Assembly (NCBI RefSeq): GCF_030684315.1
Contig: NC_081385.1
Coordinates: forward strand, 12,806,606 to 12,870,605
Direction: 5' to 3'
Length of the DNA stretch: 64,000 bases
DNA from: Stegostoma tigrinum
Taxonomy: Eukaryota
Shown: one piece after another, positions 1-13,519 of the stretch
How positions within the stretch are numbered: position 1 is the stretch's first letter
How the letters are laid out: each line of letters begins with the position of its first letter
Position numbers and translations under genes: made by a program
The notes under the pieces: model-generated
Databases searched by the model: none
What the model saw: only the letters and a program-made list of their open reading frames with translations
Told to the model about the DNA's origin: nothing

Positions 1-168
1 CCTCTGATGTTGTCTCATCATTAATACATCACTACTTCCCTTTTACCAGATCAGCAGTTTTTGAGCTGTACGTGTACTGCATCAGGGAAAATCTGTTACT
101 TAAAATAGTCCAAAAAATCCTTCCCAGAACTGTATATCTTTAATTTATTATCAACTTTATCCCTACAG

Positions 169-277
169 ACTTGGTGAGGTGACTCTGAAAGATTTTAAAG
201 CAGCAATAGATCGGGAAGGGAATTATAGATATCACTTTAAGGCACTGGATCCTGAATTTGGTACTGTGAAGGAAGAG
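169..277 (+). CDS. DIXDC1: DIXDC1 (dixin) penultimate coding exon, DIX domain
   Basis: cag| acceptor and |gtaaaa donor. Encodes (R)[36 protein letters not shown], near-identical to the vertebrate DIXDC1 DIX domain. Confidence 0.95.
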
Positions 278-640
278 GTAAAAATTTGTTCATTGGTATC
301 ATGTTCTGGAAAATAACATTACGCTATTCCTTACTTACTGATTTTATCTTATTCGAAGTTTGACAGGTCAATTGATCAGTGAAGTATTTTGTAACATGAA
401 AGTGTGTGTGCCACCAATACATAAAATGCATTCTGTGCTTGGTCTGTAGAAAACATGTTGATATTCAAGTAGCTGTCTAAGGTGATTATTTTCTGTAAAT
501 ATGCTTCTGTATATTGATAAAGAAATGGCAAAATATATGGAATAAACTTTTGTTTGGCTAGCATGTACAGAGCACTATAAGGGTATTATGAAAATCATAC
601 ACTTTAAAATCTTAGCTTGATTTCTGTTGTCTTTCTGCAG

Positions 641-724
641 CTTTTCCATGATGATGATATTGTACCTGGTTGGGAAGGCAAAATAGTTGCTTGGGTTGAA
701 GAAAGCCATGGAGACAGTAGGTAG
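641..724 (+). CDS. DIXDC1: DIXDC1 terminal coding exon
   Basis: ctttctgcag| acceptor. Encodes [27 protein letters not shown], matching the DIXDC1 C-terminus; phase 0 with the previous exon. Confidence 0.95.
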   Translation, partial: LFHDDDIVPGWEGKIVAWVEESHGDSR

Positions 725-2830
725 ATTGATTCTCTTCCCCAGATTTGGCTGATGTGTTTATTTTTAATCGCAAGAGGACAACCACCAAAGAACAGCGAGA
801 TACCACTCAAGTCGTCATGTCCTTGGTTTCCTTCAGTTGTTGTGCCAACTACCAAACGTGGACTGGAAAGAAGAGCCTAGTGCAAAAGTTGCCGAAGAAC
901 AGATGCCTTGTGCTAATGAGAATAGATTATTCATTGTAAAGCTGAATGACTTGTTAGTTGCTCTACTGATGTACAATTGTAATTCCATTATCATAAGCAA
1001 TAAGTTGAATTTTGCTAACATCAGTATTTTGGAAAGCAACTTCAATAGAATATTTGTTCGTTGCAACCTCAATGTTTGGGGTATATGAAGCTGTAAATTG
1101 TTATAGCTTAGCAGCAAATTCAATTCGGGTTATAACTTCTCCAGTTTTAAGTTATATAATAACGTCAAATGATTTTTTTTGACTAATCTATAAATATCAC
1201 CTTTATCATTTGGTTACATTGAGCATTTGGGTATTACAGCAAAGACTTTTCAACTGAATGGTTTTGAGCATTAATGCTTGATTAAATATGACCTTTTTTG
1301 CTGACAGGTGGGATGACCTTACAGTAATGAAATGTGCCCCTTCTGCTTTGGGGTAGGACCTCTGACGAATTGCAGTTGTTTTCCTTATCTGCAGTAAGTG
1401 TGCCTTTGTTAAGAGTAGCATGCTTTGTGGTGTGGACTTTTCTGCTTTCCAACTGCAGGAGGTTGTTTGGAAATGAGAGGCATAGTTGATCTGGAGGAAG
1501 GAATAGTGAAATTCATTCGTAAGACAATTAAACCAAAAGATTCTAACCAAGGTCGAGACAAAATATTTTCTTGATCTCACTCAAAGACATTATCTTCATT
1601 CCTTAATAAATATAAACCAAAGGCTACTATCTGCCTTGTTAAATTGATGTTCCTGATTTTTTTGTCAACTTGAAATTTTTGACTTGCAAGTTTAAACGGA
1701 AAGTACTGACTTCTCTCCGATCAATAAAAGAAATGTTGGGTGAGCATCAAGTTCCCCCTGCTGTCCTGTCACAGAATAGCTTACTGGAGATTTGGCATTT
1801 ATGAAGGCCATAAATGCATTTAAAATAAGATTACAAGAAAGGTATGGATTTTTAGTCTTGTGTGTAATGAGGCCAATTTATTATTTGCAATTTGATTGCC
1901 CAGAATGAAAGGCATAATGCATGTGTGTGTGTTCTCCCTTTAATGAAACTGAGCCATACACAAATATATTGGTCTGTGATACATTGGTTAGATAAACAAT
2001 TCAGGTTTCAAAATGTGTCACATACAGCAAGCGATACTGCCTTGATCTTTAGAGCCAAGTGGAATTTTATTGATCTCATTTAGGATCAGATTTCTACAAA
2101 ATTAAATAATGAAAATTAGAAGTTAGGTAAAGAAGAAATAGGATTTCTAGATTAAGATTTCTGGAAAAAGTGCAGTCTTTGAAGGATTTCTCTGTCTTGG
2201 TAATTCTGTTCCATTTTAAAAAAATCATAATAATATCACAAATGTTTCAAGTATGATTGCTTTTCAGAGTCAGTATTCCTGTTTTTTGTTTAGTTTTTTT
2301 TAAATTGACCATTATGTGACTGCTATACCACTGTTTGGAGATTTATAAAATTAACTCCAGAACTGAATATGGATGTAACTAATTTAGTTGTATCTGTTGG
2401 GAACTGGAACAGTAAGCTTTTTATAATTGGATATTTATCAAATTTGAATTACTTTTTCACGACGGGCTATTTAATTTAAAAAAAAGGTTTGTATTGCCAC
2501 TGTTTTGGATATTATATGTTCTGGCGCTATGGTCAAAAGACATCAATAGTACTAGACATTTAGCGTAAGTGCCATAATAATTACTGCTGTGCAGTTTGTT
2601 TTAACGGAACTAAACATTTCAAATGGTGCAGTGTATTTAGTTTATATCTATTATAAGAAACTGTTTTGTTATAACCAAGATTATTTGATTTGCATCAACT
2701 CAATTAGTCCATATGATGGCATCCAGAGGAAAAAAAATGAAGTTTGTTATGATGAGGATTGACTATATAAAGATACTGGTGTTTTTAAAAAAAGACTGCA
2801 TTTTCAATAAAATATGTATGAAGTTCCTTT
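725..2830 (+). other. DIXDC1: Probable DIXDC1 3' UTR
   Basis: AT-rich stretch after the stop with no obvious repeats; AATAAA hexamers near 1605, 1723 and 2806. The true end is not determinable. Confidence 0.5.
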
Positions 2831-4257
2831 GTTATGCAGGGATTTTATTCTGTGTTATCCTGAAAAAAGCCCTTATCTCTCAATTGTGAACAGCTATTGT
2901 GTTAAAGATGAAGATTATATGTATAGAGTTGTTGCAATTTTATATATAGTTGCTCACTATTTACGGCACAGAAGTGAGCCATTCAACCCAAGGGGCCTAT
3001 ATTTTTATTAATGCTGCACATGAGATTCCTGTCGTCCAGCATTAGCTTTTAGTGTAACTTTTGATTCCTTTCTCCCTCTTGTTCTTATCTAGCATCCCCT
3101 TAAATATATCCATTATAATTGTCTCAACAATTCCACATGGCAAGTTTCACATCATAACTACTGAGTAAAGAAGCTTCTCTTAAGTTCTTTATTAGATTTG
3201 AGTGACTATCTTGTACATATGACCCCTAATTTTGGATTCCCTCAAGCAGGAACATCATAATTAAGTGATCATTGCTGTTATTGGAAGTGATGTTGCTGTT
3301 TTGTACTTGAACTGAAATGAATCAGCACACAACTCTTGACAGATTGTTGGACTGGTATTGATAGAATATCTGTTGAGGAAAATTGGAAAATAAAAAAAGT
3401 TTGGACTGATTCCAATTCATGGGAGGGGAATGACGATCTTGCAGTTGGAATCAGAATTCTAGCAGTTGTGGAATGCTACTGGTCAACTGCAAAACCATTT
3501 ACAGGCAAAGACCTAAGCCTACTGGCCAGAGAGAATTTAAGTTGAGTAATGCAAATGCGCCGCATCAACAACAGAAATTGCAAGATATGCTCAGGAAGAG
3601 GGAGGGATGGCACCGGATCTGGAAATATGCCATCTTCTAAAATAATGAAGTATTTGAAGCACAACTCAAGGTCTCGCAGAATACTAACACCATACACTGC
3701 CAAGTTGAACCTGCAACAAGAGACTTGAGTCAAGAGGTAAAGCATTGAACTTCTAAGTTGAAATAAAAAGAATGACTTCTATTTTAAGTACGAGATAACA
3801 CTCTGACTGTTGGGGAATTGACCCAATGGTAAATTTCACTGGTTGTTATTATCATGTATATCAAAACTGGCCCATCACTACAAGTCATGATCAGTATTTT
3901 TGTATAAAAGAGTCATACAGGGAGGTTATGATAAACTTTGGAGCATACGAAAGGTAACTGGATGTTCACAGGGGCTAGAGTGCCTCTTGTCAGATGGAAG
4001 GTTAGATATCAAAATGAACCATACAGGTGAGACAAGGTAGTGCTGAAGGATGGATATAGTTGACTGCTTTGAGACTGGAGCAGCTAATCAGGACAGAAAG
4101 AGAGAATGCACCATTGTTACAGTCACATAAAATGTCAACACTGATCTTGCGAAGGGCAGTTAATATGATGACTGTAATGCTAAAGGAATTCTTAAAAAAG
4201 AATATGAAGATGAGTGTACAGCATGCAATGCAATCATGACTAGATAATTTGTTGCTA

Positions 4258-4575
4258 GGGTGGCATGGTGGCTCAGTGGTCAGCACTGCTGCCTAATAGT
4301 GCCAGACACCTGGGTTTGATTCTAGCCTTGGGTGACTGTGCAAACTCCACACAGACATTCCCACCATGTCTGCGTGGGTTTCCTCCAGGTGCTCCAGTTT
4401 CAGTCCATAGTCCAAAGATGTGCAGGTTAGGTAGATTGTGTTCAGGGGTGTGTAGGCCGAGTGGATTAGCCATGGGAAATGCAGGGTTATGGGGATAGGG
4501 TAAGTGGTGGGATGGTTTTCAGAGGGTTGGTGTGGACTCAACAGGCTTACTCGCCTGCTTCCACTCTAGTGATTA
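4258..4575 (+). mobile_element. HE1-type tRNA-derived SINE
   Basis: Starts GGGTGGCATGGTGGCTCAGTGG (A box), has GGGTTTGATTC (B box), the core ...GTCCAAAGATGTGCAGGTTAGG and a LINE-like 3' tail. Homologous to three other copies in the window. Confidence 0.85.
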
Positions 4576-5134
4576 TTTGATTTTCTGAACTACCCCATTA
4601 GCAGTTATTGCAATAATAAAAGCTTGTGGTGTAAGGGCTGGTACACTGACATACATAGAAGGTTGGTTGAATGATTGGGCTGGTTGAATGCATTAATGAA
4701 GATATAATTGCCAAATTTACTGATGTCAGAACATAGCTTTCCTCCTAACAGAGTTGTATCACTTGTCACAAGGGGAATTAAATACAAAAAAATCATGATT
4801 CTATTATTCTATATTGATTTGAGGAATAAATATTAGTCAGGACGACTAGGTAATTTCCCTGCAGTACAGTTCCAGGAACCTTTTTAGATGTCAAGACCTG
4901 TGCTCCGAAACCAGCTGAATCCTTCCTGTACTCCTACAAGGTTATCATCTACGTGACACTGTGGAAAATCACTCAGTTGTGCCTTCTCTGTAAGACTGTG
5001 GACAAATCCAACTGTATTAATTAAAGTTCTATTGACCCATGTCTAATTTTAGTGATGGCACAGAAGAAATTATCAGTAATGCTGGAAAGTAATACTTGCC
5101 AATAACTTGCCAATGGTAGGATTCCTCACAGTAG

Positions 5135-5372
5135 ATATTTATAAATAAACAGTTCAGATATGTTGTGTTACACCTTTGAACGAGGTGGGACTTGATCATA
5201 GGCCTCCTGGTCTGGTGGTAGGGACAGTATCACTACAAGAACGCTCTTCTTAGAGTAGGTATTTTCTAATCAACCTGTTCAGAGATGTAATTACACACCT
5301 CTGGAACAGGTAATGACTTCAACCCTGGCCTCCTGGTTGAGAGGTAGGTGACTAAGCATGCCTTGAGACCCA
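5135..5372 (-). repeat. Tandem dimer of a short tRNA-like SINE unit
   Basis: Two ~120-bp related units (..GTTCAGA.ATGT..TTACAC..CCT.TG.AAC..GGT..GACTT.A..C..GGCCTCCTGGT...GGTAGG..). The same unit occurs at ~25860-26040 and ~42966-43060. Confidence 0.55.
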
Positions 5373-5559
5373 TAAAGATTTCAAACAACACGTCCAGGCA
5401 TGTTGTTGTTTTTATTTAAATAAATAATGTGGAAAGGTATAAGGAAAAAGCAGGATCTTCGTAATAGGTAATGACGGTCATTTGAAGAGCTTGTGCAGTG
5501 CCGAGGGCCTGAATGGTCTCCTGCACCGAAACACTGCGTGATTCTGTGAAGGGAATGGG

Positions 5560-6024
5560 TAATGATGGTACTGTGAACAGCTGAGGCAGTCACGATGGAC
5601 TGAACGGCCTGCGGCGTACTAAGGTGCCACGTCATCATGTGAAAGGTAAAGGATGTCCATGGAACCGAAGAGTGAGTCTCCGTGATGTCACATCCGTTTT
5701 ACGACTGTGGCCTTTGCCGTACGGCAGAGGTCATTGAGGAGACGCTGAGCCTGTACGCCCCTCTCAGCTCCGTTCTCCGGCCTCGACATGCTCCGTCAGG
5801 CCGCTAGGCTCAGGCCGTGCGTCCGGCTGAAGCCCGGCTCCCGGTCCGAGCGCCGACCGGCGATTGCGGGGCTCGGTTTCGGGCCGCCTCCTTCTCGCTG
5901 CTGGGTCTCGCTCACCGCCTGCGGGAGGCAGGGCCCCGGCCCCCAGCACTTTCTGCTGCCCAAGAGCGCGTTACCGGTCACGGCCACAGCCAGGAGATGG
6001 TACAGCCTCCCCCCACATCAGTTG
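5560..6024 (+). promoter_or_regulatory. DLAT: DLAT CpG-island promoter and first exon
   Basis: Abrupt CpG/GC enrichment around the start codon. GTGCCACGTCATCA at 5624-5637 and GTGATGTCACATCCG at 5682-5696. Confidence 0.75.
5788..6024 (+). CDS. DLAT: DLAT exon 1 (mitochondrial transit peptide)
   Basis: Arg-rich MLRQAARLR...ARRWYSLPPHQL followed by the |gtgagc donor. Confidence 0.9.
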
Positions 6025-7740
6025 GTGAGCAACATTTTGGGAATAGGGAGAGCTAGAGCACAGAGGTGGCAGCCTTTTGATTCCCGTTCCTTCGTCAGCT
6101 CCTGAGGCTTTTCCTGTTCTGTCTGTAGCTATATGTTCTCCACTGATTGCCAAGATCTGGGTTCCAGCCCCAAAAATGCCAAGGCTTTTTGTCACTCCAG
6201 CACGGTGGCTGCTGCACGGCCTTTTGGATGAGATGCTGAAACTGAGGCTCCGCCTTCCCTTGGATAGAAGTTGAAAGAAAAACCCGGCAGTGGCACCATG
6301 TTCGGCAGCCACTGCCCTGGAATGGTTGCCCATTCTGCCAGTTCGCGCGTGTGAAGTTTCCCCTGTGATGAGCGGAGAGTTGTGTGGCTTTGAGGGTGGA
6401 TGGATGTGCTGAGATTTTGGGAATAGGGATGGTGAATGGAGGTAGACAACAAGTGTAGAGTAATGTCGACAGTGGAATGAGTTGGTGCTGACTGGGTGCA
6501 TGCACTTGTCCCTGTATGGTGGCAGCGGTTGGAGTATTTTAAGAAGTGGTGATTTGTCCCTAGTACCCCTGATGAATGTTTATTTCTAAAATTGCTGTCA
6601 CAGCAGTTTACATAGTTATTGTAGTTGTGAACGTTTGCTGCGTATAAATTGGCTACCTCTATTCTGACAGCAGTAACTTTAAAAAGTACTTTGTTAGCTG
6701 TAAGGAAGTTTCAGTTAGTGGCTATGAAAACTGTTGTATTAATTCATAAACTGCAGTAATATTTGGGTCAGTTTCTGCTGTTTTGTCATCCATGTTATTT
6801 TGAGTTGTTGGGTGTCTTGCATATTTTGATGTGTTTATGAAGTATTTTATTGCTGCTATATCTGGTTTTCTCTTCCTGGTAAAACAAATTCAGTTCTGTG
6901 TGTTCAGCTATTGCTTTGTGTACTACAGTAGATTCTGGAGAATATCTAGAAATCCCTTGGCTTGCAATCATAACTTGAGGCATCTGCATCAAAATGATCA
7001 AATCATTTAGCATAGTAGAATTTAGATTTATTTTTAGTGAAATCTGAGATGGTTGTGTTTGTATGCTGACATGAGTAGCCTACCTGTGTTAATGTTTGAC
7101 ACAGGTCATGAGGAGTTTGGACGAAGTAAGTGTCGAATTGAAGTATGAGTGAAACCTCCTGCGTTGTTGAGTTGTATTGATTTTGGTTTCTGCATTTTTC
7201 TAACTATAGCAAGTTCAGACCAGTTTTCTTGAAATACAGTACTGAGAATGATTTTTGTAATTCCTGTTACTGTACTGTACGACAGCATGCGTGGCTTGAT
7301 TTGGACACAACTCTAATTGACCAGAGTTGAGAGTTATAGTCAAAGTTGCATTGTACGCTGAATGCCCAGTTTGTTACTGTTCAGGTTTTGAACAGGTTAG
7401 CTGAAAGTTTCTCGACTAAGTATGTGTTTTCAGAGAAATGAGACCTGTTTACTGATCTGATGCGATGTTCTAAAAGCAAGTTGATGTATTTCCAGCCATC
7501 CTGAAATCTATAAATCTCTTAATCTGCAATGAAACCCCTGATTGATGTACAAAATCTTTTGAACTCATCACAGTATTTATCGGTTACCATTTCTTTAGTT
7601 TCTGCTGTAATTTTTGTCATGACAGTTAAATTTAGACTAATGATCAAATAATGGACTCGTTAAAATAATGATATTTTCTCAAAGATGTTCTTTAATCAGT
7701 TACAGAAGTGTTGTGTAACTCATCATTATTTTATTTATAG

Positions 7741-8840
<1,100 letters not shown>

Positions 8841-9749
8841 TAAGTAAAAGTTCAGTAAAAACTACCACTGTTTTGTGATGTGTGTAATCTTCTATATCTG
8901 CTTTTATACTGCTGCTGTGTTGGTTTTGATTCTAGAATTCAAATGCTTATTCCCTGATATGTTGTCCTTGTCGTAGAAGTGTGCACACACAAAAGATTGG
9001 GCCCACCAGCTCTGCCAATACTATAACTGGAGAGCTAGGTCAATGATGTCTATTTTATGCAATTTAAATTAATTACTTTTATGACAACACTTCTTTACAA
9101 TATTGTTCACTTTCCTGGGTGCAGATGAATTTAATGTTGTGTCCAGTTCATGTGTTGGCTTTATTTTTGTTGATGGGTAGCAATATCAAGATATGTTTTC
9201 CTTCATGCTTTGCTCATGCGTGCCCTGAATCTTTTTTTAACAATGTGGCCCATATCAAGACTATTTTCCATTGGAAAATAGTTACTTGTATATTTTAAGA
9301 AAACCAATTCAGTATGTTTTACATCTAATTAGTAGTAAGTTCTTACATTTTATAAGATAATCATGTCCTGGGTTTAGGTCTCGCTCTAGCGATGTCAGAA
9401 AGTGCTGAGGCAATGCTATTACACTCTTGCGTGTTGCCTTTTGAATGAGACTTTTTTATGCTGTCATCTCTGATTGAAGTTAAAAAATGTTGTAGCACTA
9501 TTTGAAGGTGAACTGGGGCATGCTCATAGTACTTACATTAGAAATTTCAGATTTGCCCAGTTTTTTATTAATTGAATTCTAATCTCCATCTACTATTGTG
9601 AGATTTGAACCCATGTCCACAGATCATTAGTGTACATCCCTGGAGTTCTAATCAGTGTTGCTGCACCACTATACCATCACTACACCACGCCACCCCCGCC
9701 CCGGCCACAAGAAAGAAAAATGTAGGTATCGTTTTGTTTTAAGTGAGCT

Positions 9750-10042
9750 TCTAGAAAGGTAGGGGAATCTAAAACAAGAGGGCATAGATTTAAGGTGAGA
9801 GGGGAAAGATTTAAAATGAACCTAAGGAGCAACTTTTTCAGGCAGACAGTGGTGCACATATGGAATGAGCTGCCAGCGAAAATGATGGAGGTGGGTGTAA
9901 TTACAACATTTTTAAAAGGCATCTGGATGGCTATATGAATAGGAACAGTTTAGAAGGGCATGTGCCAAATGGGACTAGATCAGGTTAGGATTTCTAGGCA
10001 ACTTGGACCGACGGGTCTGTATCGGTACTGCATAATTCTGAC
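9750..10042 (+). mobile_element. CR1/HER1 LINE 3' end fragment
   Basis: AGAGGGCATAGATTTAAGGTGAGAGGGGAAAG...TGGAATGAGCTGCCAG, a CR1 ORF2 C-terminus pattern. Confidence 0.8.
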
Positions 10043-10968
10043 TTGCCTCTTATTCACTTCTTTTAGTAGTGCTGTGTGTGTCAGCCTTTGTTTGAGTTCA
10101 CGTAGACTGTTGCCTTTGCTTGAATGATGATGGAAATTGTCGTTGATCTTCTCTGAATTGTTCTTAGATGTCATGAGGGTGTGAAAGGTGTCACATAGAT
10201 GCCAATTTGTTCTTTTGAATAAAAGCTGTTATTTTTAATTCAACAGGTTGTGCAGTTTTTAGTGACTTTCACTACACAACCAGGATAGAGATATTGTTGT
10301 AATCTATTTATATAATAAGGGACTATACATGCATTTAAAAATTGCTTTTTTGTATTTTTAATGTAATAGTGTCCACAGTAGTAATAAAATGTCTGGATAT
10401 TATTCTGGTGACTCATTATTTCATTACTGGGGACATTTTTACTTTGTACAGGTGAGAATAAATAAATGGCTTTCTTTATAAATCAGAGAGTAAAATGGAA
10501 ATGACCCACCTGCATTAAGACAACATGTCACGTATGAAATATTATGATGTACAATTGTTAGATAAAACAAGCTCTTATAGAAGTTCGAAAGAATGAGATT
10601 GCTGGGGAATGGCATCAATGTATTAAATTAACAAATAAAATGCCCACTCCTTGTCACTCATTGATCTATCAGAATGTAATAGTAAGCAGGCCAAAAGTCT
10701 ATGGAAGATTTCAAGCAGTGCTTGTATCATTTAATGTTTGTAACTATTATGGATTGTAAAGACAGGTCAGATTGGTGCCAACAAGTTAAGTATCAATAGG
10801 TTTCTGGGCTTGGGAATCAACAGCTTTCTACAGAAAGGCTGGTGTACACCAACAGCAGTCTTAAAGATGTCCAGAGTTGATTCTTAGCATAAAGTGGCAA
10901 TGTTTTTCAAGACTGTGTTCCTGTCTTCTTTCTTTCTTTCTTTCTATGTATCTGTATTTTTTCAAAAG

Positions 10969-11093
10969 GTGGAAACGGACAAGGCAACTGTGGGCTTTGA
11001 GAGTCTGGAAGAATGTTATATGGCGAAAATTCTAATGCCAGCTGGAACACGAGATGTGCCACTTGGTACGATCATCTGCATCACTGTTGACAA
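10969..11093 (+). CDS. DLAT: DLAT exon 3 (lipoyl-Lys of domain L1)
   Basis: aag|[41 protein letters not shown](K)|gtgagc. Confidence 0.97.
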
Positions 11094-13026
11094 GTGAGCA
11101 TGAGGATAGTTCTAAATAACATTCCACCCTTTTTTGTGTCAATATGTGGTTTCTTGAATCCCCTCATGATTTTTCTTTGTCTAATAGAATATTCTTTATA
11201 CGCCACGTTCAAATTCACACGTTCTGGTTACAGTTCTGATATGTTTGCCGCTTTAAGTAAAGGGTAAATTCTAGATAGTATTTAGAACAAATGATACTTA
11301 AAGGCTCCTATTCTCCTCACCTTAGACATCTCACATTTTCCTGTTTTGAAAAATCTTCGTCTTCACTAATTACAGCAGTTCTTAGGATTTTCACAGGGAT
11401 AGCCCTATGTAATTCCCCTTGACGTAGTTGTTCAGGAAGAGCTGACTATTCTATCTTGCATTTAATAATACATTTGAAACTGGAATCAAGATGTATGAGG
11501 ACTTGTGCATTCAGGGCCTTATATTAACACTCCAGTTCCATTGTATTCTCTCTCGAATCTTCATTGCTTCTATTCTGTGAAACACCTTGCAGCAGTTTAT
11601 TATTTTAAAAATGCTGTGAAAATACATCTAATGATGACAATGTTTCCCTGTTATAGACAAATGAATTTCTTGACTATTGCCCAATCGCATGGTACTAAGT
11701 TGATGTCATGCAGTACCTGCTTCAAAATTACAAAGCAGAAACTAAATATTAAGAATCATAAGCAGTTCTGGCAATAGGACTGTAGTCAAAGAATATTGTC
11801 ATTTTGAGATTGTTCAGTCATGGCTATCAGAATTGAGAATATAACTGCTGTTTTTTGAGATAATATTTGTGCCTCTATTGGCACAGACTAAGCAGCAAGT
11901 TTAGTCCACTTCTTGCAGTTGACAGAAAATGATTATACTTATGATTGGTGTGTATTAAAAACCAAAGTTGATTTGAAGGGCAAAACAGAAGCTACACAAA
12001 ATGAAGTTTGACTATTGAAGGTACCTAAAACTCCTAATTGATCCAGTGTGTTGTTTATATAGAACATTTGAAATGGGGATGTGTAATTTTATGAAAACGT
12101 ACAATTTTCAAATTTGACCTTGTGATTTAATGATGTCGTAAAATAGAATAAATCTCAATATTATTCTCAAAAATGTTTTTAATGTTAAAGTGGCTGCAAT
12201 AACTTTGATTTTGTGCTCCAGTAAGCTGTGCACTTGCTAATCTTGAACATCTTCACAAGGAAAAGATCAAAAGGCGAATTTCACGCAGAGTCAACTGATC
12301 TCATTCATAGCAGCCGTGGAGTAGTTACAATTAACTTCAGTGCAAACTGAGAAGCAGGACACGAGCCAAGGTTCCTGTTCCTAATAGTTAAGCTGTGACA
12401 TTAACATACATTAACTCATACATGTCAATGTATGAGTGTTGGATGAGCAGAGGCTTGGATACAAATCTTTGTCATAACTTCAGGTGGATGTTGGGAAAAC
12501 TAAAGCCATCCACCGCAAATTACAGATTATCCCAACTTATTCCCATGTAAGGGGCAGACAGGTACTTGGCTTGACATTCGGTCTTAAAGATGGCATTTCC
12601 ACGTGCAGTGTTCCCTGAGTACTACAGGCAGTGTCAACCTGGATTTGGTGCTATGTCCTGGACAAGAATTTGAGTCCATAATGCTTCTGACTTGGCTGGC
12701 ACTTCTACGGAGTCCAGGCTGAAAACCCAATCTGTATGTTGGGAATTGCATGGTGACTTGGAGTCTGCTTGTTTGGAGAATTTCCCAAAAGTTTTCTTTT
12801 CATAAATTGGCCAATGGTGATTTTGTTTGAAGCTATTTCCATGTCGTCATATGATGGTGAAGGGTCAGAAGTTGAATTATAAGAACCTAATACCATTCTG
12901 AATGGGTGAGGCTTGATTGGTCACACATGATCATCTTTGTTGACCTCTGACTACACTGTTTAAGTCATACTGCTAGTAACTTATGACACAAAGTGTAAAC
13001 ATCTTTCTCTGTCATTTGTTGTTTAG

Positions 13027-13171
13027 ACCTGAGGATATTGATGCTTTTAAGGATTACACTCCAGAGGCAGCAGCCGCTTCTGGCCCACCACCCCCAGCAG
13101 CTGCTGCAACCCCTTCCACAACCTCATCTCCACCCAAAGCTCCAGGCAGTTCTTATCCTCCCCACATGAAG
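13027..13171 (+). CDS. DLAT: DLAT exon 4
   Basis: tag|..PEDIDAFKDYTPEAAAASGPPPP...GSSYPPHMK|gtgagc. Confidence 0.97.
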
Positions 13172-13214
13172 GTGAGCAAAAAGAAAATGGAAATGTGAGT
13201 AGTTCTACATAGTT

Positions 13215-13500
13215 TTTTTTCATCTTACGTGAGATATGGGTGTCATTGGCAATTCTGGCATTTGTTGCCCATCCCTAATTGCCCTGAGCTGATTTCAAGG
13301 ACAGTTAAGAATGGGATTGGAATCAAGATTAGGCCAGACCAGGTGAGGATGAAAGGATATTAGTGAACCCAGGTGGGTGTTATGATCGTCAGCAATGCTT
13401 ACCCTGTCGGCGTTAGATTAGCATTTTTAAATTAGAGATTTTTATGAATTCAAGTTTCACCATCTGCCACAGTGGAATTTGAACCAGTGTCCACAAGCCC
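13215..13500 (-). mobile_element. tRNA-derived SINE fragment (family as 24793-25035)
   Basis: The reverse complement shares GGTTCAAATTCCAC..GGCAGATGGTG and GGTTCACTAATATCCTTT with the + strand copy at 24793. Confidence 0.6.
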
Positions 13501-13519
13501 CATCCATGTCCTTGGAATG

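Noticed and set aside
4258-4330. tRNA gene-like A/B boxes (also at 24793, 27360-27433 and 47427)
   Set aside because: They continue into SINE bodies and do not form complete cloverleafs.
5764-6505. Cluster of overlapping ORFs around the DLAT start
   Set aside because: Expected in GC-rich CpG-island sequence; only the 5788 frame shows homology.
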